Shown here: in pieces, positions 31,110-40,431 of the stretch
Layout: the number at the start of each line of letters is the position of its first letter
How positions within the stretch are numbered: position 1 is the first letter of the stretch
Assembly: GCA_016208685.1 (NCBI GenBank)
Contig: JACQXM010000024.1
Span: forward strand, 170,537 to 234,536
DNA length: 64,000 nt
DNA from: Planctomycetota bacterium
GTDB taxonomy: Bacteria > Planctomycetota > Phycisphaerae > UBA1845
Direction: 5' to 3'
Translations under genes and position numbers: made by a program
Notes under the pieces: generated by a model
Seen by the model: only the letters and a program-made list of their open reading frames with translations
The model's database searches: none
Told to the model about the DNA's origin: nothing

Positions 31110-32891
31110 ATGAGCACGAGGTTCGATCCCCAACCGTTTTTCACGCAAACGCAGCACGTGGCGCTGTGCGTGGCGGCATCGGAAGTCTTTGGGATGCTGG
31201 CCCGCTCTCTTGCCCTGCCGGCGGCGTGGGCGGCGCTGGTGACCCGCACCGGGGGCGACCAGCGGTTCGTTCCCGCCGGGGGCCGCGTGGATGGTACGGA
31301 CGCCGCCGGCGTGCTCTTCGTTCGCACGACACCGTTCGAGGTGACGCTCACGGAGGAAGGACTGGTCACGCGCGACAAGTTCCAGTGCCGCGCCGAGTTG
31401 CGGCTGAGTGTCAGCGTGGTGCCGGAGCGCAGCGAGTTGTCGTCCTTTCAGCGAACCGTGTTGGGGAGCCATCGCGTGGGCAAGTGCGACGCCGTGGCAC
31501 GTTTTCTCCAACCGCTCGTGCGCTCTGCGCTAGCGGAGTTCGCCGCCGGGCGCAGCGCCGCGGATGCGGTGACCGCGCTGGCCGCTGAGGAGCTGTCGGC
31601 CGCGGTGCGGGAAGCAGCGCAGTCCGGATGCTTCGCGGCTGGAATGTCGCTGGAGAACGTCCTGCACGCGCAACTGACATCGCCGCAGTTCCAGAACGTC
31701 CAACGCGTCGAGGAGGATGCCGCGCGCCGCCGTGCGGAGCATGAGGCGACGCAACAGGTGGAAGAGGCGCTGCGCGAGTCAAGGGAGAAGCACCTGGATC
31801 AACTCACTGCGCTGCTGGACCGGCTCAGCGAGCTTTCCAGGAAATCGCCGGATGTCGAGCTGCCGGAGCTGATCCGAACCTTCACGGAGAAGCAGCGTGG
31901 GGAACTCTACGAAGCGCTCTTCGCCGCCGAGACACCAACGGCGCGCACGCAGAGCGTCGTCATCGCGGCCAGCGACGAAGTGGTATTCTTCGACGCGGAA
32001 TCGCCCGCGGCGCCGCGGCGCCGAGTGCCGATTCAAGGCCCCGCGGGACCGATTCGCTCTATTCAATCCGCTGCGGATGCCGCCGGCCGTTCTGCGCTGC
32101 TGCTGGGAGCGGCGACCGGCGTCTACCGACTCGCGCCGGATGGCTCCGAACCCGACGCCCTGCTGCTGCTACCCGATCCACCGTTGGTTCGCGGCGGGTT
32201 CAACGCGGTGGCGACGGAGGGTGAATGGGTCCTTGGCACACATTCGGAGCTGGGAATCTGCGATTGGCACGTGGGCGATGCGATGCAGGGCCACGCTCCG
32301 ACGATCCAGGGGCGCCGCCGGTTCGAGGACCTGACGCGCGGAGCCAAGGCGGTCCGAGGAGCCTCGAGTCTGAACGGCAACTTCTTCGTCTCGGTTGACG
32401 ATCGTGTGATTCAGTGGCGGGCGGGCGAGGATGCCGTCGCACCGGCCGCGGTTTTCGGCGGCGGCTCCGGCATCATCACGGCACTTTCCGTTACCGAGTC
32501 CGGTATCTTCGCCGGCACTGCCGACGGCGAGGTTCTGCACTGGCCGGGCGGGCCAGGCGACAAGCCGCATCGCCTGCATCGCGGCGCCGGGCGGCCCGTC
32601 GAGTCGCTGTGGTTGCTTGTCTCGCAAGGCGTGCGGCGGCTCTTCTTCACCGACACCACCGGATACGTCCATGCCCAGGTGCTGGGCGACAGTTTCGCCT
32701 GCCGTTACGAGGCGGGCGGCCAGACGCTGCGCCGCGTCGAGGTCGCGCCGGACCTGGTCGCTGCAACGAACGACCTTCGCGATCGGTTGTTCCTCTGGGC
32801 GCCGGGTAAACCCGAGCGTCCGCTGGCGACGCTGCCCGTCGGTGCCATGATCGGTCACAGCATCCAGGATGTCTGCCTGCTCCGCGCCTGA
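31110..32891 (+). CDS. Hypothetical protein: SPFH/band-7-like N-terminus, coiled coil, C-terminal WD40-like beta-propeller
   Basis: RBS GGAGGG 10 nt upstream of the ATG at 31110. N-terminal beta-rich region (FVRTTPFEVTL...CRAELRLSVSVV). Charged helical stretch (QRVEEDAARRRAEHEATQQVEEALRESREKHLDQL). C-terminal W-containing blades (VIQWRAG, EVLHWPG, LFLWAPG). Confidence 0.7.
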   Translation: MSTRFDPQPFFTQTQHVALCVAASEVFGMLARSLALPAAWAALVTRTGGDQRFVPAGGRVDGTDAAGVLFVRTTPFEVTLTEEGLVTRDKFQCRAELRLSVSVVPERSELSSFQRTVLGSHRVGKCDAVARFLQPLVRSALAEFAAGRSAADAVTALAAEELSAAVREAAQSGCFAAGMSLENVLHAQLTSPQFQNVQRVEEDAARRRAEHEATQQVEEALRESREKHLDQLTALLDRLSELSRKSPDVELPELIRTFTEKQRGELYEALFAAETPTARTQSVVIAASDEVVFFDAESPAAPRRRVPIQGPAGPIRSIQSAADAAGRSALLLGAATGVYRLAPDGSEPDALLLLPDPPLVRGGFNAVATEGEWVLGTHSELGICDWHVGDAMQGHAPTIQGRRRFEDLTRGAKAVRGASSLNGNFFVSVDDRVIQWRAGEDAVAPAAVFGGGSGIITALSVTESGIFAGTADGEVLHWPGGPGDKPHRLHRGAGRPVESLWLLVSQGVRRLFFTDTTGYVHAQVLGDSFACRYEAGGQTLRRVEVAPDLVAATNDLRDRLFLWAPGKPERPLATLPVGAMIGHSIQDVCLLRA

Positions 32892-32923
32892 TGTACCGCG
32901 CCGGCTTCGCGCCCACGTACGGG

Positions 32924-35809
32924 TTACGGCAGGCGCAGGTTCCCCAACGAGATCGGATCGTAGGGGTTGGGGGATGCGCCGGACCAGGTGCTGAATTCTT
33001 CATTCTCTCGATCGAAGCGCGTGACGTTGAAACCCCAGACGGTCTGTCGCGCCTCCGCCTCGAAGGCGGAGAAGGGAATCCGCACTTCGGCGGTCCAATG
33101 GTCGGCTTCGACGCGGGTGGCCACGTCTATGTCTACCGCCCACGGCCGCACTTCGCCGCAGGGCGGATCACAGGGCACTCCTCTACCCGTCCAATCGGCG
33201 CCGCCGGGCTTGACGACAAAATGGTAAAGATCTTCCGGCGACCGCGTTCGAGCGTTCAACGGGTCGAAGAGCAACTCCACCAGTTCCTCGCCAACGGGAA
33301 CCATGTCTTCGTAGCGAACGCGCTTCCGCTGCACGGCCCCCACCAGTCGGGGCGTGTCGGCCTCGACGCGCAGGGCGACATACAAGGCTTCGCGGTCGCA
33401 TAGGACGAACGCCACCGTTCGCCGCCGAGGAAGCGCGGGCGACGAACCGTCGTCGGTCGAACCGGCAACGAGGAGGAAGTCGTCGGCAACGTTGCCTCCC
33501 GCCGCCGGCCAGTCCGAAAGGTCCCCGTCGACGCGGACCCGGCTCGGGGCGGGCGCGGCAGTCACCAGAGCGCTGCGCGCGACGGCCGCGGCGAGCCTGT
33601 CCGGACCGGCATACGCGGCGACCGGCATACGCCAGATGCCGGCCGCGTCCAGGGGAAGTTGCATGTAGTGCGCCGTCAGCCGAAGCCGGTGCACTGAGCC
33701 TGGAGGAAGATCAAGTTCACTCTCCACCTCGGAGTCGGCGCCCCATTCAGGCGGGAGGTCCTCGATCAGGACGGAGGTCTCGATCGGCAGCCGAGTGCCA
33801 TTCTCGACGGTGACCGCGACCTCGGCGTCGAAGCGGCTGCCCCAAGGGTCTGGCGCCGCTCGAACCCGGACGCCGTCCACGGTGAGTCCCACGCGCTGGG
33901 TGCGCTGCATGAAACGCCGCCAGGTGAGGTTTCGCTCAAGCAAATCGGCGTCGCTGCCTGTCTCGCGCCCGCGCACACGGGCGGTCAGGGCGTCGGCCAT
34001 GATGCGTCGGGCCGCTTCGAACACCGCGTGGTCCGCCGGCCAGGAGGACGGTCTCCCGTCGGCAGGGTGTGTCCGGTGGGCTTGGGCTCCGGCGTGCGGG
34101 ACTACGGCGCGAACCAGCGCGTCCGCGATGTGCCCCAGCCCGTGCTCCCGAAGCAGACGCACGTAGGCGCCGTCCTGCTGACTACGACGCAGTTCCTTCA
34201 GCCGAACCGAGGCAACAGGCCGGTCCAGGCCATACGGGCCGCCAGGGTAAAGCAAGGTATGCGGGGCCTGCCGGACACATGCGTCGGGGTCGCCGCCTGC
34301 CTCGGTGCCCGGCCATTCATTCACAGCGCCGAGGTACACGGCGCCGGCTTGCAGGGCCTCCGCAACCCACGCCAGCACGCGAACGTCCGCGGTGGCGCCC
34401 TGTATGGCAGTCGTCCCGCAGAAGGGCGGGCGGTCCATGCGCAGCCATGTCCGCAGTCCCGCGGAACGCTCCCGCGCCATCGCCACGGGAGCGGAGCCGT
34501 CGCGTTCGGGCGGAAGCGAGGAAAGCGCCAGTCGATGATCCCCCGGTGCCAACCAGTGACACAGTTCTCTGAGTGAGTCCGCCGCCGCATTCGGGTCATG
34601 CCCCTTGCCGCCACTGTCCGCCGGTAAGGCATAGGACCGCTCCAGCCATCCCTTGGCCGCAAAGTGCTCCAGACACTCGCGTGCGTAACTTTCCGCGCGA
34701 TCATCGCGCAAACCGCCGCGTCCTCCCACCGCGGTCGCGTAGGCCGGCCCCAGCGGCAGAGGCCAGGCGCCGCATGCGACACGGTCCGCGAAGGCCCGAC
34801 CCGAAATCACCGGCTCGACGAACTCGTCAAAAGCGCTCCAGTCCACAACGGGTCGACCGCCCGGTCCGACGGCCATCCGCGGGGTAAGCGCTGGAAGCAC
34901 CGCACTGACGCGATGCTCATGGAACAACCGAACGGTCCAGGCGACCAGCGCCTCGAGTTCCTCAGCGCCGGAAGCGTATGGCCAATCATCGATTCCGCCG
35001 GTCCCGCCGCCGGCCGCTGTGTGGTGCTCCATCAGTCGCCGATGATCCAGCTCGGCGATCATCGCCGTCGGCGACGAATCGGGGAGCACAAATGGCAACA
35101 CGACAAGCTCGACATCCACTTCGCCTGCGCGGCGGTCGTCGGACAGCAACTCCACTTTCCCCCGGAACGTGCCGGCCGTGAGGCCCTTGGGTACGCTGAC
35201 GTCCACCCAGAAATGGTACATTCGGTCGGCCTCTAGCCGTGGCGGCATGCCGCCACGCGGCGCGCGCAACGGCACCAGCACGTCGAGCGGATGGGGGTTG
35301 CGAAGCCAGGGCGGCACGGAACGAAGATGCCAGCCGGGCCAGTATGGCACGGTCACCGCATGCACGCGGAAGATCTCGGCGCACGAGGAGTCGATCTGCC
35401 CGGTTGGTGACTCCAGCGCCCCGAAGCGCAGCGCCGGGCGGGGCAGCGTAGCCTCGGGAGAAACGGCGAGCACGAAGCTGATCGCTTCATTCATCGCGCC
35501 CATCAGTGCCACGCGGCCCGACGCCGTCCCCGTCGCACCGGTGCTGGATGGCGGCGGGTCGGGCGGCTCCTGGGCCTGGAGTGGCCGGAGGTCGGCATCG
35601 AGGATCGCAAGGCGAACTCGAGGGGCCGGGCCGCCACAACCGGCCTGTACGACGACCGCGGCGACCAGGACCGAACCGGACGAACATCGAGCGAGGATGC
35701 TTCGACGGCGTGAACGCGTGTTCAGCAGTAATCGGGAGTTGGCGCCTGGAGCGTGTGGCGAACCGGCCGGCGATCGCGACGTCGGCGAGCATCGCCCGCG
35801 CGGGTTCAT
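32924..35809 (-). CDS. Large secreted protein with C-terminal CBM9/DOMON-like carbohydrate-binding domain (putative glycan-active enzyme)
   Basis: 961 aa. N-terminal hydrophobic VLVAAVVVQAGCG (lipobox-like). The last ~200 aa (TVAFVLCDREALYVALRVEAD...WTAEVRIPFSAFEA...WGFNVTRFD) resemble CBM9-like domains. Exact start uncertain. Confidence 0.65.
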   Translation of the reverse strand: MNPRGRCSPTSRSPAGSPHAPGANSRLLLNTRSRRRSILARCSSGSVLVAAVVVQAGCGGPAPRVRLAILDADLRPLQAQEPPDPPPSSTGATGTASGRVALMGAMNEAISFVLAVSPEATLPRPALRFGALESPTGQIDSSCAEIFRVHAVTVPYWPGWHLRSVPPWLRNPHPLDVLVPLRAPRGGMPPRLEADRMYHFWVDVSVPKGLTAGTFRGKVELLSDDRRAGEVDVELVVLPFVLPDSSPTAMIAELDHRRLMEHHTAAGGGTGGIDDWPYASGAEELEALVAWTVRLFHEHRVSAVLPALTPRMAVGPGGRPVVDWSAFDEFVEPVISGRAFADRVACGAWPLPLGPAYATAVGGRGGLRDDRAESYARECLEHFAAKGWLERSYALPADSGGKGHDPNAAADSLRELCHWLAPGDHRLALSSLPPERDGSAPVAMARERSAGLRTWLRMDRPPFCGTTAIQGATADVRVLAWVAEALQAGAVYLGAVNEWPGTEAGGDPDACVRQAPHTLLYPGGPYGLDRPVASVRLKELRRSQQDGAYVRLLREHGLGHIADALVRAVVPHAGAQAHRTHPADGRPSSWPADHAVFEAARRIMADALTARVRGRETGSDADLLERNLTWRRFMQRTQRVGLTVDGVRVRAAPDPWGSRFDAEVAVTVENGTRLPIETSVLIEDLPPEWGADSEVESELDLPPGSVHRLRLTAHYMQLPLDAAGIWRMPVAAYAGPDRLAAAVARSALVTAAPAPSRVRVDGDLSDWPAAGGNVADDFLLVAGSTDDGSSPALPRRRTVAFVLCDREALYVALRVEADTPRLVGAVQRKRVRYEDMVPVGEELVELLFDPLNARTRSPEDLYHFVVKPGGADWTGRGVPCDPPCGEVRPWAVDIDVATRVEADHWTAEVRIPFSAFEAEARQTVWGFNVTRFDRENEEFSTWSGASPNPYDPISLGNLRLP

Positions 35810-36597
35810 GGCTCTTCGATGGGCTCGACGGTCCCGTCAGGATTGACGCGCACGCGTTGCATCTTGACTTCCGGCGGGGCCGCAGGTGCCGCCTCTGGCA
35901 TCGCGGCGCCGGCGGCCGGCTCCGCGGGGTCCGCCAGATCCGCCGAAGGCGCTGGAGGCGGCGGTGCCGCGGCAAAGCGCACCACGCTGAACGTTCTGTC
36001 GATGGCCGCGAGCCGATCTGCGGCACGCCGGTAGAAGGGCAGGCCTTGGAACGACGCGTTGTCCACGATCGCGCTCAGATGACGCCGTGCCTCTTCTTTG
36101 TGCGACGGATTCTGGTCGAGCACGAAAGCGTTTTCTGCAACCGTCGCCAGGCCGCTGTGCGCCATGCCGGCGGCCAGGGGGTTGGCCGGGAACCGAGCGA
36201 GCAGGTCTTCGAACGCCTGCCGCGCCAGGGCGTTGAAGTCCGGATCAGGCGGGGCCGCGGACTCCTGCGCATAGCGAAGCGATTGCATCCCCAGATCGAC
36301 GAGCCCGGAGAGCGCGAAGCCGATGTCCGCGGATTCCTTCACCATGGCGCTGAGCTTCTCCAGCGATTGGCGGGCTTCGTCGGCCGACTTGTAGGAGAGC
36401 TCACTTCGGCGGCGCCAGGCGTCCTCGATGTTGGCGGCGCGGGTGCGCACGGCGACCGTCACGACGGCGAATATGACAATCACCGCCGTGACCGCCAAGC
36501 CAAGCCGCTTGCCGTTCTCGTGCAGGTAGACCTTGGCGACCTCCAGCGCGTGCGCCAGGTCGTTTTCCTTCAGTTCGTGACGTCGATCCGCTCGCAT
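35806..36597 (-). CDS. YfgM-like membrane-anchored TPR-like protein
   Basis: N-terminal ELKENDLAHALEVAKVYLHENGKRLGLAVTAVIVIFAVVTV (YfgM/UPF0070-like start plus one TM helix). Ala/Pro-rich tail. Overlaps the downstream gene by a few nt. Confidence 0.6.
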   Translation of the reverse strand: MRADRRHELKENDLAHALEVAKVYLHENGKRLGLAVTAVIVIFAVVTVAVRTRAANIEDAWRRRSELSYKSADEARQSLEKLSAMVKESADIGFALSGLVDLGMQSLRYAQESAAPPDPDFNALARQAFEDLLARFPANPLAAGMAHSGLATVAENAFVLDQNPSHKEEARRHLSAIVDNASFQGLPFYRRAADRLAAIDRTFSVVRFAAAPPPPAPSADLADPAEPAAGAAMPEAAPAAPPEVKMQRVRVNPDGTVEPIEEP

Positions 36598-36880
36598 CCT
36601 GCCAACCCGCCTTCGTTCGTTGATCGGCTAATCGTACGCGAGCGGTACTGTAGCACCCCGAATTGCCGTCGTCAACAGGGCGCGCACTCGCGATTTCCCC
36701 GCGGATCGGCGTCGTGGCGCAGCGGCATCCAGAGCGTTTCGACCCATAACGGTGCCGAAACAACGTGCTCGCCTTGACATCCGGCAGGTGCGGTTTATGC
36801 TGGCCTCGGGCCGGCGGCACTGGCCCGGGTGCTGCACCGGTTCGAGCCTGGGGCGCCCCGGCGGGGCTACCCGATCCCAT

Positions 36881-36964
36881 GCGGATGTGGCGGAATTGGC
36901 AGACGCGCAGGTTTCAGGTACCTGTGGCCGAAAGGCCGTGTAGGTTCGACTCCTATCATCCGCA
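36881..36964 (+). tRNA. tRNA-Leu (anticodon CAG)
   Basis: GCGGATGTGGCGGAATTGGCAGACGCGCAGGTTTCAGGTACCTGTGGCCGAAAGGCCGTGTAGGTTCGACTCCTATCATCCGCA. Acceptor stem GCGGATG/CATCCGC, anticodon loop TTCAGGT, long variable arm typical of Leu. Confidence 0.9.
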
Positions 36965-37098
36965 GTGGGTCACGTTACGGGGCGATCTTGCCCCTGTGTA
37001 TGCTCGCCCCAGATGTGGGGGGCTTGCCGGAGCTCGTGTTCTGGAGCGTTAGTCAGCGCTCCACCGAACCGAGATTGCGCCCGCTGTCGAACGCCGTG

Positions 37099-37956
37099 TC
37101 ACACCCCCGCCGCGAGGCGCGGCGCTCGCGGCCGGTGGGGGATGTCAACGAATTCACGCAACGTTTCAAGCAACGCGGCAAAGTCCAGCGGTTTGGTGAG
37201 CAGGGCTCGGGCTCCCATGTTCCTCAGCTCGCGCTCCATGGCGTAGTCCTTGTGTCCTTCCACGGTTCGACCGGTGATGACAATGCAGGGCGTGTGTCGC
37301 GTGAGCGTGTGGTTGGAGAGCCGGCCGATCAGATAGTTCCCCCGTCCGTCGGGCATGTAGTAGTCGGTGATGATCACATCGGGACGGTGCTTGAGCGCCG
37401 CCCAGTACCCCTGCATGCCGTTGAAGGCCCGCAACACCTCGATGCCGAAGGGTCGCAGCTTGATCTTCAGCGCCTTGGACAGGTCGGGATCATCGTCGAT
37501 GACCAGCAACTTGGGAGCCGGACGCCGCGCCGCACCTCCCGTCGGCCGCGCGGTCACGGGCACCGAAGCCAGCGACGCAACCGGCTCCACGTCGCACAGC
37601 TCAAGGACGATGGGTTTGAGGCTCTCCCAGATGTCGGCGCCTTTGTACACATAGTGCGCCCCGAGCTGTTCGCAGCGTTCGACCGTCCGGTCGTCGTTGC
37701 GACCGGTGAGGATGATCACGGGGATGGGCAGCATGCGCTGGTCGTTGGCGAGCATCTCGCAGACCGCCAATCCGTTTCCCGCCGGCATGTTCACGTCGAG
37801 GATGGCCAGGTCCGGCGGCTCCTGCTCCACCAGGGCCACGGCTTCCGCGCCGTCGTTGGCGGTGCGAACTTCGAGGCCCAGGTGCGCGCAACGCAAGGCC
37901 AGCGCGGATACCAGCCCTTGATCGTCGTCGGCAATTAACACACGTTTCGGTCGCAT
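37099..37956 (-). CDS. Tandem double-receiver (REC-REC) response regulator, no output domain
   Basis: REC1 VLIADDDQGLV...DLAILDVNMP...IILTGRND. REC2 KLLVIDDDPDLSKAL...DVIITDYYMPDG...IVITGR. Start MRPKRV at 37956. Confidence 0.8.
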   Translation of the reverse strand: MRPKRVLIADDDQGLVSALALRCAHLGLEVRTANDGAEAVALVEQEPPDLAILDVNMPAGNGLAVCEMLANDQRMLPIPVIILTGRNDDRTVERCEQLGAHYVYKGADIWESLKPIVLELCDVEPVASLASVPVTARPTGGAARRPAPKLLVIDDDPDLSKALKIKLRPFGIEVLRAFNGMQGYWAALKHRPDVIITDYYMPDGRGNYLIGRLSNHTLTRHTPCIVITGRTVEGHKDYAMERELRNMGARALLTKPLDFAALLETLREFVDIPHRPRAPRLAAGV

Positions 37957-38019
37957 CAAGTGTCTCCACGCCCGCCCGCCCCCGGTTCGCGGCACCACCC
38001 CACGAAATGCCGCCGCCGC

Positions 38020-38436
38020 TCAACCCGCCGCCTCCGGGCAACTGAGTACGGTGTCCAATGCGGAGATCAGATCACCGTCGCGCAGCGGCTTTTGCAGGAA
38101 GTAGGAAGCGTCCAACTGCATCGCCCGCTTTCGAGCACTATCGGCCACGTTGGCGGAGACAATGACCACCGGTGTGGTCCGGGTGGTGGGAGACGCGCGA
38201 AGTTCCGCTAACATCGTCAACCCGTCCATCACCGGCATGCGCAGGTCCAGAACCACGGCCCGGGGCAGCGACTTCCGCGCCAGCGCCAGTCCCTGCGCGC
38301 CGTCGTAGGCCGAGAGCACGTCGTAGCCGTTCACACGCAAACGGAGCGACATGCCGCGGACGATGTCGCGGTCGTCGTCAACGATCAGGATCAGCGGGCG
38401 CTCAGACACAGACGGGCTCCTCGATCCGCAGGGCAT
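38020..38436 (-). CDS. Single-domain response regulator (CheY-like)
   Basis: LILIVDDDRDIV...AVVLDLRMPVMDG...VVIVSAN...KP. ATG start at 38436 (overlaps the HK by 35 nt). An alternative GTG start at 38409 lies 4 nt after the HK stop. Confidence 0.7.
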   Translation of the reverse strand: MPCGSRSPSVSERPLILIVDDDRDIVRGMSLRLRVNGYDVLSAYDGAQGLALARKSLPRAVVLDLRMPVMDGLTMLAELRASPTTRTTPVVIVSANVADSARKRAMQLDASYFLQKPLRDGDLISALDTVLSCPEAAG

Positions 38437-39976
38437 CCTCGACGACGTGAAGGAACTCCGGGAGTTGATCCTTGACCCGCCACGTGCCGTGCGTTTTGAA
38501 CGCCAACCGCGGCAGCGCAGCGCCGGGGCGGTTGCGGTTGGATTCCGCCAGCGCGTCGTTGATCCGGGAAACCAGCGTGCCCACCTCCGGCTGTCCGCTG
38601 GGAACAACGACCAGCCATTCCCAGGAACGCGTGCGGAAGACGAGGTAACAGCGGCGAAGCTGATGCTGCACGAGCTGATCCAGGTCGTCGAGAAGCTGCG
38701 CGTTGGCTTCCGCCGGGGCATGGGCGGTGGCGAGCGAGACGGTCGACAGCGGTTCGCGGATAACGTCGACGCGCGTGAGGTACCAGGGGATCAACAGGCG
38801 GGGCTCGGCCACCGGGATCGTAAACGAGAAGGTGCTACCCGCCCCCAACTCACTCTCCAGGAAGATGTCCCCGAAGTTCAGGTGCACCAGCTCGTTGGCG
38901 ATGTTCAACCCCAGGCCGAATCCGCGGGTGCTGCGCCGCGCGGCGCCCTCCAGCTGCCGGAACCGTTCGAAGATGGCGTCGCGGTGCTCGGGGGCGATCC
39001 CAGGACCGGTGGCGCTGAGGGCGATGGTGACGAGGGCCGGCTCCTTGTGGCGGCGCTGCCCTGTGAGCGTCACCTCACCGCCTTCGTGCGAGAACTTGAT
39101 GGCGTTCACGGTGAGATTGATGATCACCCGCCCGATCTTTTCCTGGTCGCAGTAGACTTCCGGCAGGCCGTCATCGAGGGCAAACCGGAGGCGGATCCTG
39201 CTCACCTCCGCCCGCCGCTCCAGGCTGCTGCGTACGTGACTGACGATGTCGGCGACGCGGCACTTCCGGCGGCAGACGCCCAGCAGCCCGGCCTCCAGGC
39301 GGCTGATGTCCAGCATGTCGTTGACCATGTTCTCCAGGTCGTCGACGCGGTTGGCGACGATGTCCAGGTACTCCCGCTGTTCATCGCCCACCGGTCCGGC
39401 GAGTTCGTCGCGGATGATGGAGGTGAACTCCTTGATCACCGCGAGCGGCGTGCGGAACTCGTGCGACACGTTGTCGACGAACTGATGCGCGGTGTCGTAG
39501 AGCTCCGCCAGACGCAGGTTCTGCTGCGCCAGCATCTCGTTGGCCTCGCGGAGCTTCTGGTCCAGGGCCGCCTTCTCCACGGCGTTGTTGATGGCGCGGC
39601 GGATTCCTTCCGAGGTAATCTGTCCTTTGGAGACGTAATCGCGCGCCCCGCGCTTCAGGGCCTCGACGGCGATGGTCTCGTCGCCGCGACCGGTGACCAT
39701 CACCACGGGCAATGCGGTGACCCCGCGGGCGTCGCACAGTCGCGAAAGGAACTCCAGGCCGTCGAAATCGGGCAGACTATAGTCGAGCAGGACGCAATCG
39801 GGCTTGTCGCGGCGACAGCGCTCCAGACCTTCCGCGCCGGTTTCGGCCTCGGAGATGACGTAGCGGCATTCCGATCGCTGGGTAATCAGCCGCCCGTAGG
39901 TCGACCGATCCTCCGGTGAGTCGTCCACCAGCAGAATCTGTCGTTGCTTCGTCGGTTCGTTCATGGTTGGGGTCAC
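38402..39976 (-). CDS. Hybrid sensor kinase: N-terminal REC, HisKA, HATPase, plus ~130-aa uncharacterised C-terminal domain
   Basis: QILLVDDSPEDR...CVLLDYSLPDFDG (REC). SHEFRTPL (H-box). N/G1/G2 boxes (LTVNAIKFS, GFGLGL, GAGSTFSF). C-terminal LLIPWYLTRVD...WRVKDQLPEFLHVVEDAL extension. Its ATG overlaps the upstream REC stop as ATGA. Confidence 0.85.
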   Translation of the reverse strand: MTPTMNEPTKQRQILLVDDSPEDRSTYGRLITQRSECRYVISEAETGAEGLERCRRDKPDCVLLDYSLPDFDGLEFLSRLCDARGVTALPVVMVTGRGDETIAVEALKRGARDYVSKGQITSEGIRRAINNAVEKAALDQKLREANEMLAQQNLRLAELYDTAHQFVDNVSHEFRTPLAVIKEFTSIIRDELAGPVGDEQREYLDIVANRVDDLENMVNDMLDISRLEAGLLGVCRRKCRVADIVSHVRSSLERRAEVSRIRLRFALDDGLPEVYCDQEKIGRVIINLTVNAIKFSHEGGEVTLTGQRRHKEPALVTIALSATGPGIAPEHRDAIFERFRQLEGAARRSTRGFGLGLNIANELVHLNFGDIFLESELGAGSTFSFTIPVAEPRLLIPWYLTRVDVIREPLSTVSLATAHAPAEANAQLLDDLDQLVQHQLRRCYLVFRTRSWEWLVVVPSGQPEVGTLVSRINDALAESNRNRPGAALPRLAFKTHGTWRVKDQLPEFLHVVEDALRIEEPVCV

Positions 39977-40431
39977 TCCCGTTGCGGTAACAGGGTCAGA
40001 TCAAACCAATAGTCACGCAGCCTCCGCATGGATCGACCGAACTCGTCCACCTTCAAAGGCTTCTGGACGTAACTGTTGGCCCCCAACCGATAACATTCCG
40101 CGATGTCCCGCTCGTCCGCCGAGGTAGTGAGAACGATCACGGGGATGTGCTTGAGTTCCGGGTCGGTCTTCAGGTCGCGCAGCACGTCGCGCCCGTCGGT
40201 TCCCGGGAGATTCAGGTCCAGCAACACCACTCCCGGCCGCGGGGACATCGACTTATCGGCATAGCGGCCGCGCCGGCGCAGAAAATCAAGGGCCTCGTCG
40301 CCGCTTTCGCAGCGTACCAGCCGCTCCTCCCCGCCGACCTTGCGGAACGCGCGAACCATGGTCTCGAAATCCTCGGCGCTGTCCTCAACGATGAGTATCG
40401 GCAGCGGCGCCGGCCAGGTCGGCGACGACAT
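39973..40431 (-). CDS. Single-domain response regulator (CheY-like)
   Basis: LPILIVEDSAEDF...VVLLDLNLPGTDG...VIVLTTS...YVQKP. 152 aa. Confidence 0.8.
   Translation of the reverse strand: MSSPTWPAPLPILIVEDSAEDFETMVRAFRKVGGEERLVRCESGDEALDFLRRRGRYADKSMSPRPGVVLLDLNLPGTDGRDVLRDLKTDPELKHIPVIVLTTSADERDIAECYRLGANSYVQKPLKVDEFGRSMRRLRDYWFDLTLLPQRE

Noticed and set aside
35506-36777. 423-aa plus-strand ORF
   Set aside because: Antisense to the CBM9-like and YfgM-like genes. Low-complexity Arg/Gly-rich translation.
38351-39919. 522-aa plus-strand ORF
   Set aside because: Antisense to the hybrid histidine kinase, which has canonical H/N/G boxes on the minus strand.
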